Assembly: GCA_965218095.1 (NCBI GenBank)
Contig: OZ244587.1
Coordinates: forward strand, 3,808,001 to 3,872,000
From: Candidatus Poribacteria bacterium
GTDB taxonomy: Bacteria > Poribacteria > WGA-4E > PCPOR2b
Direction of reading: 5' to 3'
DNA: 64,000 nucleotides
Of the stretch, positions 52,822-62,390 are shown one piece after another. The notes below the pieces were generated by a model. It saw nothing but the letters and a program-made list of their open reading frames with translations, was not told the DNA's origin and did no database searches. Position 1 is the stretch's first letter; each line of letters opens with the position of its first letter. A program made the position numbers and the translations under genes.

Positions 52822-54594
52822 CTACATCTCCTCAAGCGTTTCAATGCCCAGCAAGGCTAAGGCTTTCTTGATAACAGCTGCTGAAGCGTTTATCAGTGCC
52901 AATCGAGCCTTTATCAATGGAGGACTCTCCGCAGAAAGTACAGAGTGCTTGTGGTAGAATTGATTAACAGTTTGCGCAACTATGAACAGATGATTACAGA
53001 TACGAGCGGGGGAGAGATCCCTAGCGGCTTCTTCCAGCACTCCAGGGAATTGGATCAGCGCACGAATCAACTGCAATTCTTCCTCGTTTCCGAGCAGCGA
53101 AAAATCTGGCTCAACCGAGGCAAGGTCTTGGGTTTGCGCTTTTCGCAGGATGCTGGCACAGCGTGCGTAAGCATACTGGCAGTAGGGTCCGGTAAAGCCA
53201 TCGAAGGAGATAGACTCTTTTGGGTCAAAGTTGATGGTGAGTTCAGGGCGGACGCGTAGCAGATAGAATTTAATTGCCGCAAGCCCGATGACGAAGGCAC
53301 GTTTCTGGACCTCCTCATCCGACAGCCTGCCCTCCAAGTCGCGTTGCCGAATTTCATCTGCGGCAAGCTGGGCCATCTCCTCGATTAGGTCATCGGCATC
53401 AATCACTGTCCCCTCACGCGATTTCATTTTCCCCTCCGGAAGATTCACCATACCGTAAGAGAGGTGGTAACACCCGCGTGCCCATTCAAAATCGAGCATG
53501 TCAAGCAACTTGAACAAATACTGGAAATGGTAGTTCTGTTCAGAGCCAACAACATAAATAGAACGGTCAAGTTGGTGCTGTTCAAACTTCATTTGCGCTG
53601 TCCCCAGGTCCTGCGTGATGTAAACGCTGGTACCATCAGCCCGAAGCGCCGTCACCTTCTTTGGACTGCCGTCTTTCTCCGCGCCAAACGCATCGATCGG
53701 AAGATCTGCGACGATTGCACCATCTTCTGCCTTGACGAAAACGCCTTTTTCTAACCCCATCTGGATGATGTTCTTGCCAAGCTGATAGGTATCGGATTCG
53801 TAGTAGAAAACGTCGAACTCTAAACCCAACCGCTGATAGGTTTCGCCAAATCCATCATAAACCCAGTTGTTCATCGTCTCCCAAAGTTTGAGCGTTTCCG
53901 TATCGCCGGCCTCCCATTTCCGAAGCATTTTCTGAATCTTTTGCTCCAGACTCGGATTTTCCTCTTCCTCTTGTGCATAACGGAGGTACCAATCTCCAAC
54001 AAAATGATCGCCCTTTGTGCCAGTCGATTCCGGCGTTGCGCCATCCGCCCACTTCAACCAAGCGAGCATCGATTTGCAAATGTGAACCCCGCGGTCATTC
54101 ACAAGGTTTGCCTTAATCATCGTATATCCCGCTGATTCAAGTAATTTTGACACCGCCATTCCGAGGACGCCGTTGCGAATATGTCCCAGATGTAGGGGTT
54201 TGTTCGTATTTGGAGACAGATACTCGACCATGAGACGTTGCCCCTGACCAATATCAACGTTTCCAAAACGCACTCCCTGTTGCACAATCTCCGCACACAC
54301 GTCACCAAACAGGGCGCGGTTGTAGATCTTAAAATTCAAATATGGTCCAACAGCTTTCACTTCTTGCATCGATTCGCTCGGTTGAATTTCCGCCGCAACC
54401 GCCTGGGCAATCTTGGCAGGGCTTTGACGAAACTGCTTTGCCAACGGGAAACACTCAACTGCAAAGTCACCGAATTCAACCTTTGGCGGATAACCCAATC
54501 TGAGGACTTGGGGCTTTTGTCCGAAGACGCTTTGGCAGACTGATTCTACGATGGTTAAAATCTCGGTTTTAATGCTGGTGATTGACATCATCAA
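52822..54594 (-). CDS. argS: Arginine--tRNA ligase
   Basis: VEYLSPNTNKPLHLGHIRN, GKMKSREG, GFTGPYCQYAYAR, LGIETLEEM. Confidence 0.97.
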   Translation of the reverse strand: MMMSITSIKTEILTIVESVCQSVFGQKPQVLRLGYPPKVEFGDFAVECFPLAKQFRQSPAKIAQAVAAEIQPSESMQEVKAVGPYLNFKIYNRALFGDVCAEIVQQGVRFGNVDIGQGQRLMVEYLSPNTNKPLHLGHIRNGVLGMAVSKLLESAGYTMIKANLVNDRGVHICKSMLAWLKWADGATPESTGTKGDHFVGDWYLRYAQEEEENPSLEQKIQKMLRKWEAGDTETLKLWETMNNWVYDGFGETYQRLGLEFDVFYYESDTYQLGKNIIQMGLEKGVFVKAEDGAIVADLPIDAFGAEKDGSPKKVTALRADGTSVYITQDLGTAQMKFEQHQLDRSIYVVGSEQNYHFQYLFKLLDMLDFEWARGCYHLSYGMVNLPEGKMKSREGTVIDADDLIEEMAQLAADEIRQRDLEGRLSDEEVQKRAFVIGLAAIKFYLLRVRPELTINFDPKESISFDGFTGPYCQYAYARCASILRKAQTQDLASVEPDFSLLGNEEELQLIRALIQFPGVLEEAARDLSPARICNHLFIVAQTVNQFYHKHSVLSAESPPLIKARLALINASAAVIKKALALLGIETLEEM

Positions 54595-54597
54595 CTC

Positions 54598-55086
54598 CTA
54601 TTCCTCGCTTGAATCGGAAGGGAAAAGGCTGTTTTCGTCAAAATCGTAGTCCTCAAGTTCATCGTAGGCTTCATCATCTTCCTGATAATCGGCTATGACC
54701 TCTACATCAGAGACTTCGATTTGTGGCGCTTCTGCCCAAAGGCGCTCGAGGTTGTAGTATTCACGTTTCTCTTCTAGAAAAATATGTACGACAAAATCAA
54801 CATAGTCTAACAGTATCCAGTCCGCGTTTCGATTTCCTTCGCGATGCCAGGGGCGCTCATTCCAGTTTTCTTTCAGTTCTTCTAAAACGGCATCAGATAT
54901 ACCTTCGACCTGCGTATCTGAGATACCGCTACAGATGACGAAGAAGTTTGTAAACGAGGCTAACTCCCTCAGATCGAGGATCACCGCATTGCGAGCTCGT
55001 CGGCTCAAGGCAGTGGCAGCGGCAGCGGCAGCGGCAGCTTGTACTATTTCTAGCGTGTTTTTTTCCACGTTGTTCCTCCTTATCAT
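54598..55086 (-). CDS. rsfS: Ribosome silencing factor RsfS, with an acidic tail
   Basis: FVICSG.SDTQV, WILLDYVDFVVHIF...REYYNLERLW. Confidence 0.95.
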   Translation of the reverse strand: MIRRNNVEKNTLEIVQAAAAAAAATALSRRARNAVILDLRELASFTNFFVICSGISDTQVEGISDAVLEELKENWNERPWHREGNRNADWILLDYVDFVVHIFLEEKREYYNLERLWAEAPQIEVSDVEVIADYQEDDEAYDELEDYDFDENSLFPSDSSEE

Positions 55087-56510
55087 TTACAGGCATAGCT
55101 TAGAAGTAACTCCTTTTTAGGTTGAGACACCCGGCGCTTCTGATAATTTCTTTCGTGCAGATAGTAGATTTCGAGTGACGTAAGCCGTTTTTGACTCTTA
55201 TGCGTCCGATTCCAACGCTGGCAAAGGTAACGCGCATAATCCTCTTTAAACCACAAAGATCTGAAGTGTCTCCGCCACCGATGGTTCTTGTGGATTGCAA
55301 TCACAAGTTCTGGTTTTTCCCAACTCACTGTTCTATCCGGATTGAGAAGATTGACCTGGGTTCCATCTTGAAGTTCACCGACGATTACATGCCAACCATC
55401 TTTTCTTGATGGGCCTCTAAACAACCCCCACCACTGATCTAATCTCAGGGTATACCCAATCGACTGCATAACTTGGGGAAAGGGAAATGATGGATTGACC
55501 ATCCTTAGATTCCAAAGCAGGACGTAGATGATAAAAAACGCAGCGAGCATATTCTTCCAAATCGCTCTCTCCTGAATAGGAAAAGAAACTTCCTGAACTG
55601 AAGTTTTGAATTTTTTTAAGAATTGGTCCCAAAACCAGCTCGGAACAAATAATAGCCAACTAGCTATACAGATGTAAGGAAACAGCCACAACTCCAGGGC
55701 AAGCCCCATACCTAAGTGAAAAATCATGAAACTAGCGATGACAAGGCAGCGCACTGGGCCTGAAAAAAACGGTGAGAAAGCAAGCAGTGGTCCAAATGCT
55801 TCGAGTCCCATCGTGGCATAGGTAAGAAACTTCAACAACAGCGGATGGAATTCGAGCAATAACTTTCCGAAGTTTGTAACGTATCGGTCAAGCATAAGCG
55901 CATAATAAACACTGGTGCCTCTGATTAACCAGTTCTTGGGTGATTTTAATGCGACCGAAAACCAATACACGAAACATATTTGCAGTAAGGCGGCGACTGT
56001 ACCTCCAGAGAACACGAGGTTGGATTCATGGAATTGATGGGGCTTCCTTAAATGGTCGATTGAGTAACGCGCCCCAAGCGGTAAAAACATGCTCCAAAAG
56101 AGCAATAGACATAGCAGATAATCGCCGCCCTGCATCACTAGCCAATTTCGAGAATTCAAGGAAATTGTCAGGAACCAGACAACGGGCGTCACAAAACGTG
56201 TGTGGTATCCTAAAAGCATTGTTGCCGCGAATAGACCCGCGATGATGAATAAAACGGTCTGATACTCTATCGAACCGTTAAGCAGATGCACAGACACGCG
56301 CCACTTTGGGGATTCCTCAATTACAGTGGCTATGGACAGCACACCACGATCTGTATAGTGAGCTTCTAAGTCAGAAAAACGCGCAATCAAATCTACAATG
56401 ATGATGAGCGCAATACTGATACGAAAAATGGCTAATGAACGTAGATCGATTCCAAATAATTCTTGTGCTTTTAACGTCCAGTGATGAATTCTGGATTGAT
56501 TACAGGGCAT
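55083..56510 (-). CDS. HTTM-domain membrane protein
   Basis: FGIDLRSLAIFRI, HYTDRGVL, QGGD.LL..LLFW.MFLPLG, LRLDQWWGLF. AT-richer than its neighbours. The upstream ORF-track extension is IS sequence. Confidence 0.8.
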   Translation of the reverse strand: MPCNQSRIHHWTLKAQELFGIDLRSLAIFRISIALIIIVDLIARFSDLEAHYTDRGVLSIATVIEESPKWRVSVHLLNGSIEYQTVLFIIAGLFAATMLLGYHTRFVTPVVWFLTISLNSRNWLVMQGGDYLLCLLLFWSMFLPLGARYSIDHLRKPHQFHESNLVFSGGTVAALLQICFVYWFSVALKSPKNWLIRGTSVYYALMLDRYVTNFGKLLLEFHPLLLKFLTYATMGLEAFGPLLAFSPFFSGPVRCLVIASFMIFHLGMGLALELWLFPYICIASWLLFVPSWFWDQFLKKFKTSVQEVSFPIQERAIWKNMLAAFFIIYVLLWNLRMVNPSFPFPQVMQSIGYTLRLDQWWGLFRGPSRKDGWHVIVGELQDGTQVNLLNPDRTVSWEKPELVIAIHKNHRWRRHFRSLWFKEDYARYLCQRWNRTHKSQKRLTSLEIYYLHERNYQKRRVSQPKKELLLSYACK

Positions 56511-56548
56511 GTTCAACTTTTCGCAGATTTGAACCGATAAAGCTACTA

Positions 56549-57384
56549 GGTTCTGTTGACATTTCAAGGGAGCCATATAAGAGTGGCGACAAAGCTGAGA
56601 AATCCAAAATAACGGATAGATAACTTCTCGAACCGAGAGAAGATACGACGATACCATTTTGTCTTGTTGATGAAACATTCAACCCGATGTCTCTCTTTGT
56701 ATAAGCGTTTGTCATACGTTCTTTGGTCAACACGATGACTTTTGGGCGGTATCACCGCAATCGCTCCATTCGCCTCAATAACCGCGATAAAAGCGTCCGA
56801 ATCGTACTCCTTGTCTCCAATCACATATTCACTGTTATATCCGATTATCAACCCTTCCGCCTCAGCTATGTCATGTCTCTGACCGGGGGTCAGATGAATT
56901 CTTAGGGGATTGCCTAGTCCGTCAACTGTGATGTGATTTTTTGTGCTGAAACTGCCCCGAGACCGACCTAATGCTTGGTTTTCAGTGCTACCCTTTTTTT
57001 TAAGGCGCCAGCTTTTTAAGGCGCCCGCCGCACACGGGTGAGCGCGGCAGATGGTACTGTCCACAATAAGCGACTCGATATCGGGGTCAGAGGCGAAGTG
57101 GTGGTGCATCTGTGTGAAGATACCTTTGTCGCACCATCGAGCAAACCGCTTGTAGCGGGTGTTCGATTTGCCATAGGTGTCTGGTAGAAGTCTCCATTGA
57201 GCCCCGCTACGAGTCACCCACAGGACGGCTTCGACGAAGCGGCGTGTAGCAGCTTCGTCGCCAACATAGATGGTGGGACAGCTAAGAAGAAACCGGTATA
57301 TCTTATTCCATTGTTCATCAGGTAAGGTTATTGGCGTCATTCTTCTATTATGCCACAACCTTATACTCAAATGTCAACAGAACC
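56549..57384 (-). mobile_element. IS5-family element with an intact single-ORF transposase (56564..57370)
   Basis: Perfect IRs and TA duplication at CTAG. Uninterrupted ORF with VDST / GDK.YD / ERHRVEC. Confidence 0.95.
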
Positions 57385-57385
57385 T

Positions 57386-57483
57386 AGTCTGTCAACTTTA
57401 GAATTGATGGATGGGACAGCGAGGCTCCCGCGTGAATCCAACTCAACTGAACCACCCATCCATCAAATTGAACTTGACAAAAC
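57386..57483. mobile_element. Small MITE-like element (about 95 bp)
   Basis: Long imperfect IRs TGTCAACTTTAGAATTGATGGATGGG / CCCATCCATCAAATTGAACTTGACA. GCTACT flanks both sides once the IS5 is removed. Confidence 0.65.
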
Positions 57484-57484
57484 G

Positions 57485-58108
57485 CTACTTTGATTCGCCG
57501 ATTTCTTGGAGCGCGCCGTTATAGGCATCGATTGTGTTTGGGTGAATGAGGGCGCTTTTGGCGAGGAGGTGTTCAATTTTATAACGGCTGACCTCAAACA
57601 CCGCCCGATTCAGGTCATGATAGGCAAGCTTACGTACCGGATCTGCCTCCTCATAAGGGCGCTTCGGTTCAGCAAAATCGGCGACATACAAGATCTTATC
57701 GATGCACGTCATCCGGCTGCGCCCGGTTGTGTGGGTTCGGATGGCGCTGAGAATCTCGGGATCATCAACGGCAAAGCGCAAAACTGCGAGCGTAGATCCG
57801 ATGATTGCGTGCAAAAGCGATGGGTTGAGGCGCTCGATTGCATCAAGTTGAATCCCATAATTTACCGCCGCTTCATACAATTCTGAATTGCTCATCCACT
57901 TCGCACAGTCATGTAAAAGGGCAGCGAGGTTCACTTTCTGCAAATCTGCTCCATATTTTTTCGCTAGGTCGATTGCCATATTCCGAACAGATAGGACGTG
58001 CGCACACCGCTTGGGCGTTAGCTTAGATTTGACATACTTTTCGATCTCAACCGCTTTCGGTTGTGCAAGGGGATCTACTTTTTCGATGTCGTTGTTATTC
58101 GTCTTCAT
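57485..58108 (-). CDS. yqeK: YqeK HD-domain Ap4A hydrolase
   Basis: R..H.LSV, AALLHDCAK, LLHA, AIRTHTTG, ILYVADFAEP.R. Adjacent to nadD. Confidence 0.9.
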   Translation of the reverse strand: MKTNNNDIEKVDPLAQPKAVEIEKYVKSKLTPKRCAHVLSVRNMAIDLAKKYGADLQKVNLAALLHDCAKWMSNSELYEAAVNYGIQLDAIERLNPSLLHAIIGSTLAVLRFAVDDPEILSAIRTHTTGRSRMTCIDKILYVADFAEPKRPYEEADPVRKLAYHDLNRAVFEVSRYKIEHLLAKSALIHPNTIDAYNGALQEIGESK

Positions 58109-58349
58109 TGATAATTTCGTCAACCTCTCCCACATCAAGCAGGAACTGCGCAAGCGCTTCTTCCTCCTTATCGACCATCGTGTCCGCATTAGGCAGCGGT
58201 GTACTAATTCTGTACTCTTCATTGAGCCACCTTCCGAGATCAATCGCTTTACATTGAGAACTACAGAAGGGAAAATTTGGCGGGAGTTTTTCACCGGGTT
58301 TATAATCAAATTCGTAAATTGTTCCACAGACACTACATCTGTGTTTCAT
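58095..58349 (-). CDS. yacG: DNA gyrase inhibitor YacG
   Basis: CSVC...FPFCSSQCKAIDLGRWLNEEYRI. Confidence 0.9.
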   Translation of the reverse strand: MKHRCSVCGTIYEFDYKPGEKLPPNFPFCSSQCKAIDLGRWLNEEYRISTPLPNADTMVDKEEEALAQFLLDVGEVDEIINEDE

Positions 58350-58410
58350 GTGAAATCACCTTCCCTATGCGTGATGCGTGAATGAACGCTGCCCCCCCCC
58401 TTGGTCAAAG

Positions 58411-58992
58411 TTACCTGTATAGTTGACGGCGTTCAATATATTCCAGAACAGGTTGCGGGACAAGATATTGAATGGAACGTCCGGATCGGATGTGTTCACG
58501 AATCTCAGTTGCGGAAATGTCAACTCCCGTGATTGAAAAGTATTCGACGCGATTACGGAGATCGGGAGGTACTTTGTCAAGACAATAGTTCGGCCGAGTG
58601 GTTGCGATGAAACGACAGATATCCAAAATCTCATCAAAACCCTTCCAGATCTTGAAGTCGATTAACGAATCCGCCCCGATAATAAACGCAAGTTCACATC
58701 CTTCCCCGTAAAAGGCTTGTAGCTCCTTGATAGTCTGAATGGCGTAAGAAGGACCCACCCGATCCAACTCAATCCGCGACACCTCGAAATAGGGATTATC
58801 CGACGTTGCGAGGAGCGTCATCTGATAGCGGTGTTCCGGATCGATGATGTCCCGTCGATCTTTATGGGGCGGACGGGCGGAAGGGATAAAGAGAATCTTA
58901 TCATAACCTAAACCGTCACGCACCTCCTCCGCGCTCAACAGGTGAGCGTAGTGGATGGGGTTGAAAGTTCCGCCCATGATGGCAATTTTCAC
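58411..58992 (-). CDS. nadD: Nicotinate-nucleotide adenylyltransferase
   Basis: GGTFNPIHYAHL, PPHK, FIIGADS, ISATEIR, YLVP. Confidence 0.95.
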   Translation of the reverse strand: MKIAIMGGTFNPIHYAHLLSAEEVRDGLGYDKILFIPSARPPHKDRRDIIDPEHRYQMTLLATSDNPYFEVSRIELDRVGPSYAIQTIKELQAFYGEGCELAFIIGADSLIDFKIWKGFDEILDICRFIATTRPNYCLDKVPPDLRNRVEYFSITGVDISATEIREHIRSGRSIQYLVPQPVLEYIERRQLYR

Positions 58993-59012
58993 AATTTAAT
59001 CCTTGATCAATC

Positions 59013-59330
59013 CTAGTTCTCGACCAATCTGTTCATTTCTGCTTCGATTATCGATTTGTTCTTGTAATAATAATCTAGTGCCTCAATGACCGCTTCGACA
59101 GGAAGTTTGAAGTCTTCCGCTATTTCTTTGATACCGAGAGTATCTGTCCCAGAACCATATAGCCCCGCGGGTCTTCCAGCCGACCCAGCAGCCGTTTGGC
59201 CTCTGCCTTTTTGCCCGATTCGGCCAGACTCCACACAAACAAATAAGCTGTCTCCTGATCTTTGGGATGGCGCTTCAGATACTGATCGAAATAGTAAATC
59301 GTTACCTAATCCAGTAGAGACGGGCCAGGT
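59013..59330 (-). pseudogene. DUF433-like antitoxin remnant
   Basis: KEIAEDFKLPVEAVIEALDYY. The N-terminus is disrupted. Confidence 0.4.
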
Positions 59331-59752
59331 GGCAATACACCCTCGCCTGGGTCGAATCTAGTGCCATTGCCTTCTGAAAATGGGGGACTGGCACCCCGTT
59401 AGTCATTTTTCAAATCCAGGTAGGCCAACCCCAGGTGTGTCTCCACCCACCCCGAATCGGCCTGAACGGACTTGCGAAATACTTTGACAGCATCGCCGCC
59501 CTTTTTATACAGCAGGTGAAGCTACCCGATCATGGTCAGCACCTGAGCAGGCTCGGGTAGCCGTCTGGCGATCTTTTCCAGATCTTTGACAGCCTGTTTC
59601 ACATTGTCTTTGTGCAAAACCTTCAGCACCCAAGCGTAAATCGACTCGGCTCTGGCATTTCCCGAACCGACCTGAACACCGTATCTTTATGGGCACATCG
59701 AGAAGGAATCTGAAGTGATTGTGTTTCCGGGAGAACATATTGCTACGGTTTT

Positions 59753-60438
59753 CTACGGTCTGCGGCCACTATAAATCCCAAACAATCCGTATCTGTAGTG
59801 ACAAGCTACTTCCATAAATCCAACATTGCGCATGTCTTCTAACTGGTTCTCCAAAATATCATAAAAATTCTCAGGTCTGACACGAGCTTCATCGGGAATA
59901 TGTTCAAATGACTTATCAAGATTGACTTGATTTTCATGATTCTGTATCCATTCTCTCCAAAAATCATAATACCAATCTTCATAAATTTCCATTGCTGGTA
60001 GAACGACATCGACATTTACAAAATGCGAATCCGGTAACAGCATATTCCAGACTTTACCGAATACGGCCCGCCGCTGTGATGGCTCCAGGTGGTGTATTGC
60101 AAATGATGAAATGACAAAATCGAACCTCCCAAGATCTACAGCCTCATCAATTAGATCCTCAAAGCGCAACAGAACAAAACTTTCTATGCTATACTTAGAA
60201 AGCCTATTCTTGGCTGCTGCGAACATATCTTTTGAGCCATTAGCTGCCACAACTCGTATTCCAGAGTCCAAGCGACATAGTTGCTCAGTCACTATCCCAT
60301 CTCCGCACCCAAGCTCAAGCACTCTCGTTTCTCTGTCTCCAGCTACAAACATCTTTCCGGAAGAAAGTGCTGGGAATTGTCTTGATACTCTTGTGTGTAC
60401 TCCTTTTCATGCCACCTTGATTTTTCAAATTTTGCCAT
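59753..60438 (-). pseudogene. Class I SAM-dependent methyltransferase with a 5' frameshift
   Basis: RBS AGGAG then MAKFEKSRW...FLPER, followed in another frame by VLELGCGDG...FDFVISSFAIHHL. Confidence 0.7.
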
Positions 60439-60469
60439 ATTATCTCCTAAAAATCGAATCCTTCTCAGC

Positions 60470-60622
60470 ATTGGATCACGCTGGTATTATCTAGTCGATA
60501 TCCTGGGTGGGTACAGTCGATATCTGGTTCGCTTGGAGCACGTTTTGGCAACACACGGGAATCTGTTAAGGTGGCCTGTTGAAGGCCGAAACCCAGTTGC
60601 ATTTTTTGCAGGCACCCCTTAC
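60470..60622 (+). mobile_element. Integrase-core (IS3/IS481-type) fragment
   Basis: WYYLVDILGGYSRYLV, followed by an IS-end-like ...GGCACCCCTTACA. Confidence 0.4.
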
Positions 60623-60982
60623 ATTATGCGCTGAACAGCCGCCGTGTCATTCGGAGCCTCTCATGCGCGTCATCATTTCATTCCTCATCCTGCTGGCGCT
60701 CCTATCGGCCCAGGATCGTCCGGTCGTCGCGGTCTTGCCCTTTGAAGAAGCCAATACCGATTGGCTCTCGCAGGGCCTGGCCTGGAGTCTATCGGACAAG
60801 CTTCGCTGCGTATCGGCTCTGAAAATAGCCGATACCGACCTGATTCTTCTGTTCGCATCGTCCCAACCAAGTTCCAGACGATTATATTCCGCCCATTGAT
60901 CCCAAGTTGTTTCGCTTTTTATAGGGCTTTGGCCCAGATAGCGATAATGATTTTCCGCCTCGCTCAGACTTTTGCCTCGATC

Positions 60983-61126
60983 CTATGCCTCAAATAAGTC
61001 TTGGGAAAGTTCTTGTGCCAATTGCGGAATGGCATCCCTTTTGATCTGATATGTTCCGTTTAGGCGATAAAGCTCCATTTCAAGCATGTAACAAAGTTGT
61101 TGTGGTGTTTCATATTTAATCGACAT
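60983..61126 (-). CDS. Small hypothetical protein (47 aa) or nonsense-truncated gene
   Basis: Strong RBS AGAGGAGG and a perfect promoter upstream. The frame stays open past the TAG. Confidence 0.45.
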   Translation of the reverse strand: MSIKYETPQQLCYMLEMELYRLNGTYQIKRDAIPQLAQELSQDLFEA

Positions 61127-61195
61127 TTGTTTCCTCCTCTCCTCTGTCCGTAAAATTAAAATGAACACCGTTCCTTCGACTATTGTAGCAATTGA

Positions 61196-61224
61196 ATTAT
61201 ACTTGCCAGAGCCTCGCATGTCAA
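61196..61224 (-). promoter_or_regulatory. Perfect-consensus sigma70 promoter
   Basis: TTGACA-N17-TATAAT on the minus strand. Confidence 0.8.
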
Positions 61225-61252
61225 CGGGAATTCTGACACGTGAAATTCGCTA

Positions 61253-61281
61253 TTGACAGATCGCGGGAGTTCAGTGATAAT
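61253..61281 (+). promoter_or_regulatory. Sigma70 promoter, divergent, upstream of the mutarotase gene
   Basis: TTGACA-N17-GATAAT. Confidence 0.65.
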
Positions 61282-61338
61282 TAGTATGCTAAGACTTCAC
61301 TCAACAACCGAACTATTTCAGTGATGAAGGAGGAAACA

Positions 61339-61671
61339 ATGAAACATTTTGGTTTGACAATCAACCTGAAAGATGATCCACAAATCATCGAACAGTACAA
61401 AGTGTATCACAGCAACGTCTGGCCTGAGGTATTAGACAGCCTGCGGACCATCGGCATCACGAAGATGAACATTTACCTAATCGGTTGCCGCCTGTTCATG
61501 GCGATGGAGGCGATCGATGACTTCGAGGTTGAGCAGGATTTTCCGCGTTACCTCGAACAGCACCCGCGCTGCCGTGAGTGGGATGAACTGATGCGAACGT
61601 ATCAGGATCCGGTACCTGAAAGAAAGCCAGAGGAATGGTGGGCATTGATGGAGCCGGTCTTTGAGCTCTGA
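61339..61671 (+). CDS. L-rhamnose mutarotase-family protein
   Basis: RBS AGGAGG. LKDDP..IEQY...H..VWPEV...I...GCRLFM...EWDELM...W.LME.VF. Confidence 0.85.
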   Translation: MKHFGLTINLKDDPQIIEQYKVYHSNVWPEVLDSLRTIGITKMNIYLIGCRLFMAMEAIDDFEVEQDFPRYLEQHPRCREWDELMRTYQDPVPERKPEEWWALMEPVFEL

Positions 61672-61765
61672 TTGCAGGAGGCCAAAGCGGATCTGTCGAT
61701 TGTGGCTTGACAGACAAGATCGCAACTTGATATACTGATACGAATCGATCATAAACAACCTACCA

Positions 61766-62267
61766 TATTAACTTGACAATGGTATCCATTGTCAGCAAGC
61801 CGTGTAAATACACAAATGCATACTGACTGGTATCCCACGTCTGGGTAGTAAAACAATAGCGAAAACGCTGCCAGACGCGACGGAGGCTTTCGGCTAAGTC
61901 AGCAACAGCTTCGGTTGGCAAACCCCAACGGTTTATATCCGACAGATCATCCTTTTTGGCTGACTCGGTTTTTCTGATCTTCTGTATTAGTGAGCACGAT
62001 GGTTTACACTTTTTTTCACCGCCGAGGTACAGAGAACACAGAGGGCGCCCCGAGTCAAGATGGGCAATTCGTCCGCCTCTGTTCTCGTTTCCCTCGTTTT
62101 TTTCAACTGTAAACCATCACCTTGACCAATACAGTTTTTCTGGTCTTCTTTCTCATTATCCTACCCTCTAAAAGTTGATGTCAAATGTCGGTAGGATAAT
62201 CTAATGATTCACACAAAGTCGAGTCTGAAGCACTCTTGACGTTTAATTTAACATTGTCAAGTTAATA
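61766..62267 (-). mobile_element. Internally deleted IS701-like element retaining both ends
   Basis: Perfect 16-bp terminal IR TATTAACTTGACAATG / CATTGTCAAGTTAATA. The interior encodes RWGLPTEAVADLAESLRRVWQRFRYCF...YLHGLLTM, like an IS701 transposase N-terminus. Confidence 0.65.
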
Positions 62268-62390
62268 GCCGAAATTCCGACAGCTGAGGAGATAAATTAT
62301 TCCAAGACCCAGCAAAGAATTAACGCTCCACATGTATCATAAAATGATGGAGATTCGGCAGTTTGAAGAAGTCGCCGGTGGCCTCTACTA

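Noticed and set aside
55005-55040. Poly-Ala (GCC/GCT) run in rsfS as a phase-variable repeat
   Set aside because: It is an imperfect trinucleotide run, and length changes would stay in frame.
56511-56678. N-terminal extension of the HTTM ORF
   Set aside because: It is read-through from IS5 right-end sequence. The plausible start is the ATG at 56510.
57410-57460. Structured segment as tRNA or riboswitch
   Set aside because: No cloverleaf or T-loop. The pairing is explained by MITE inverted repeats.
58109-58333. Long N-terminal extension of YqeK suggesting a fusion
   Set aside because: It overlaps yacG in another frame. The real start is probably 58108.
59340-59740. TPR-like and other fragments between nadD and the methyltransferase
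   Set aside because: No coherent ORF; treated as unassignable debris.
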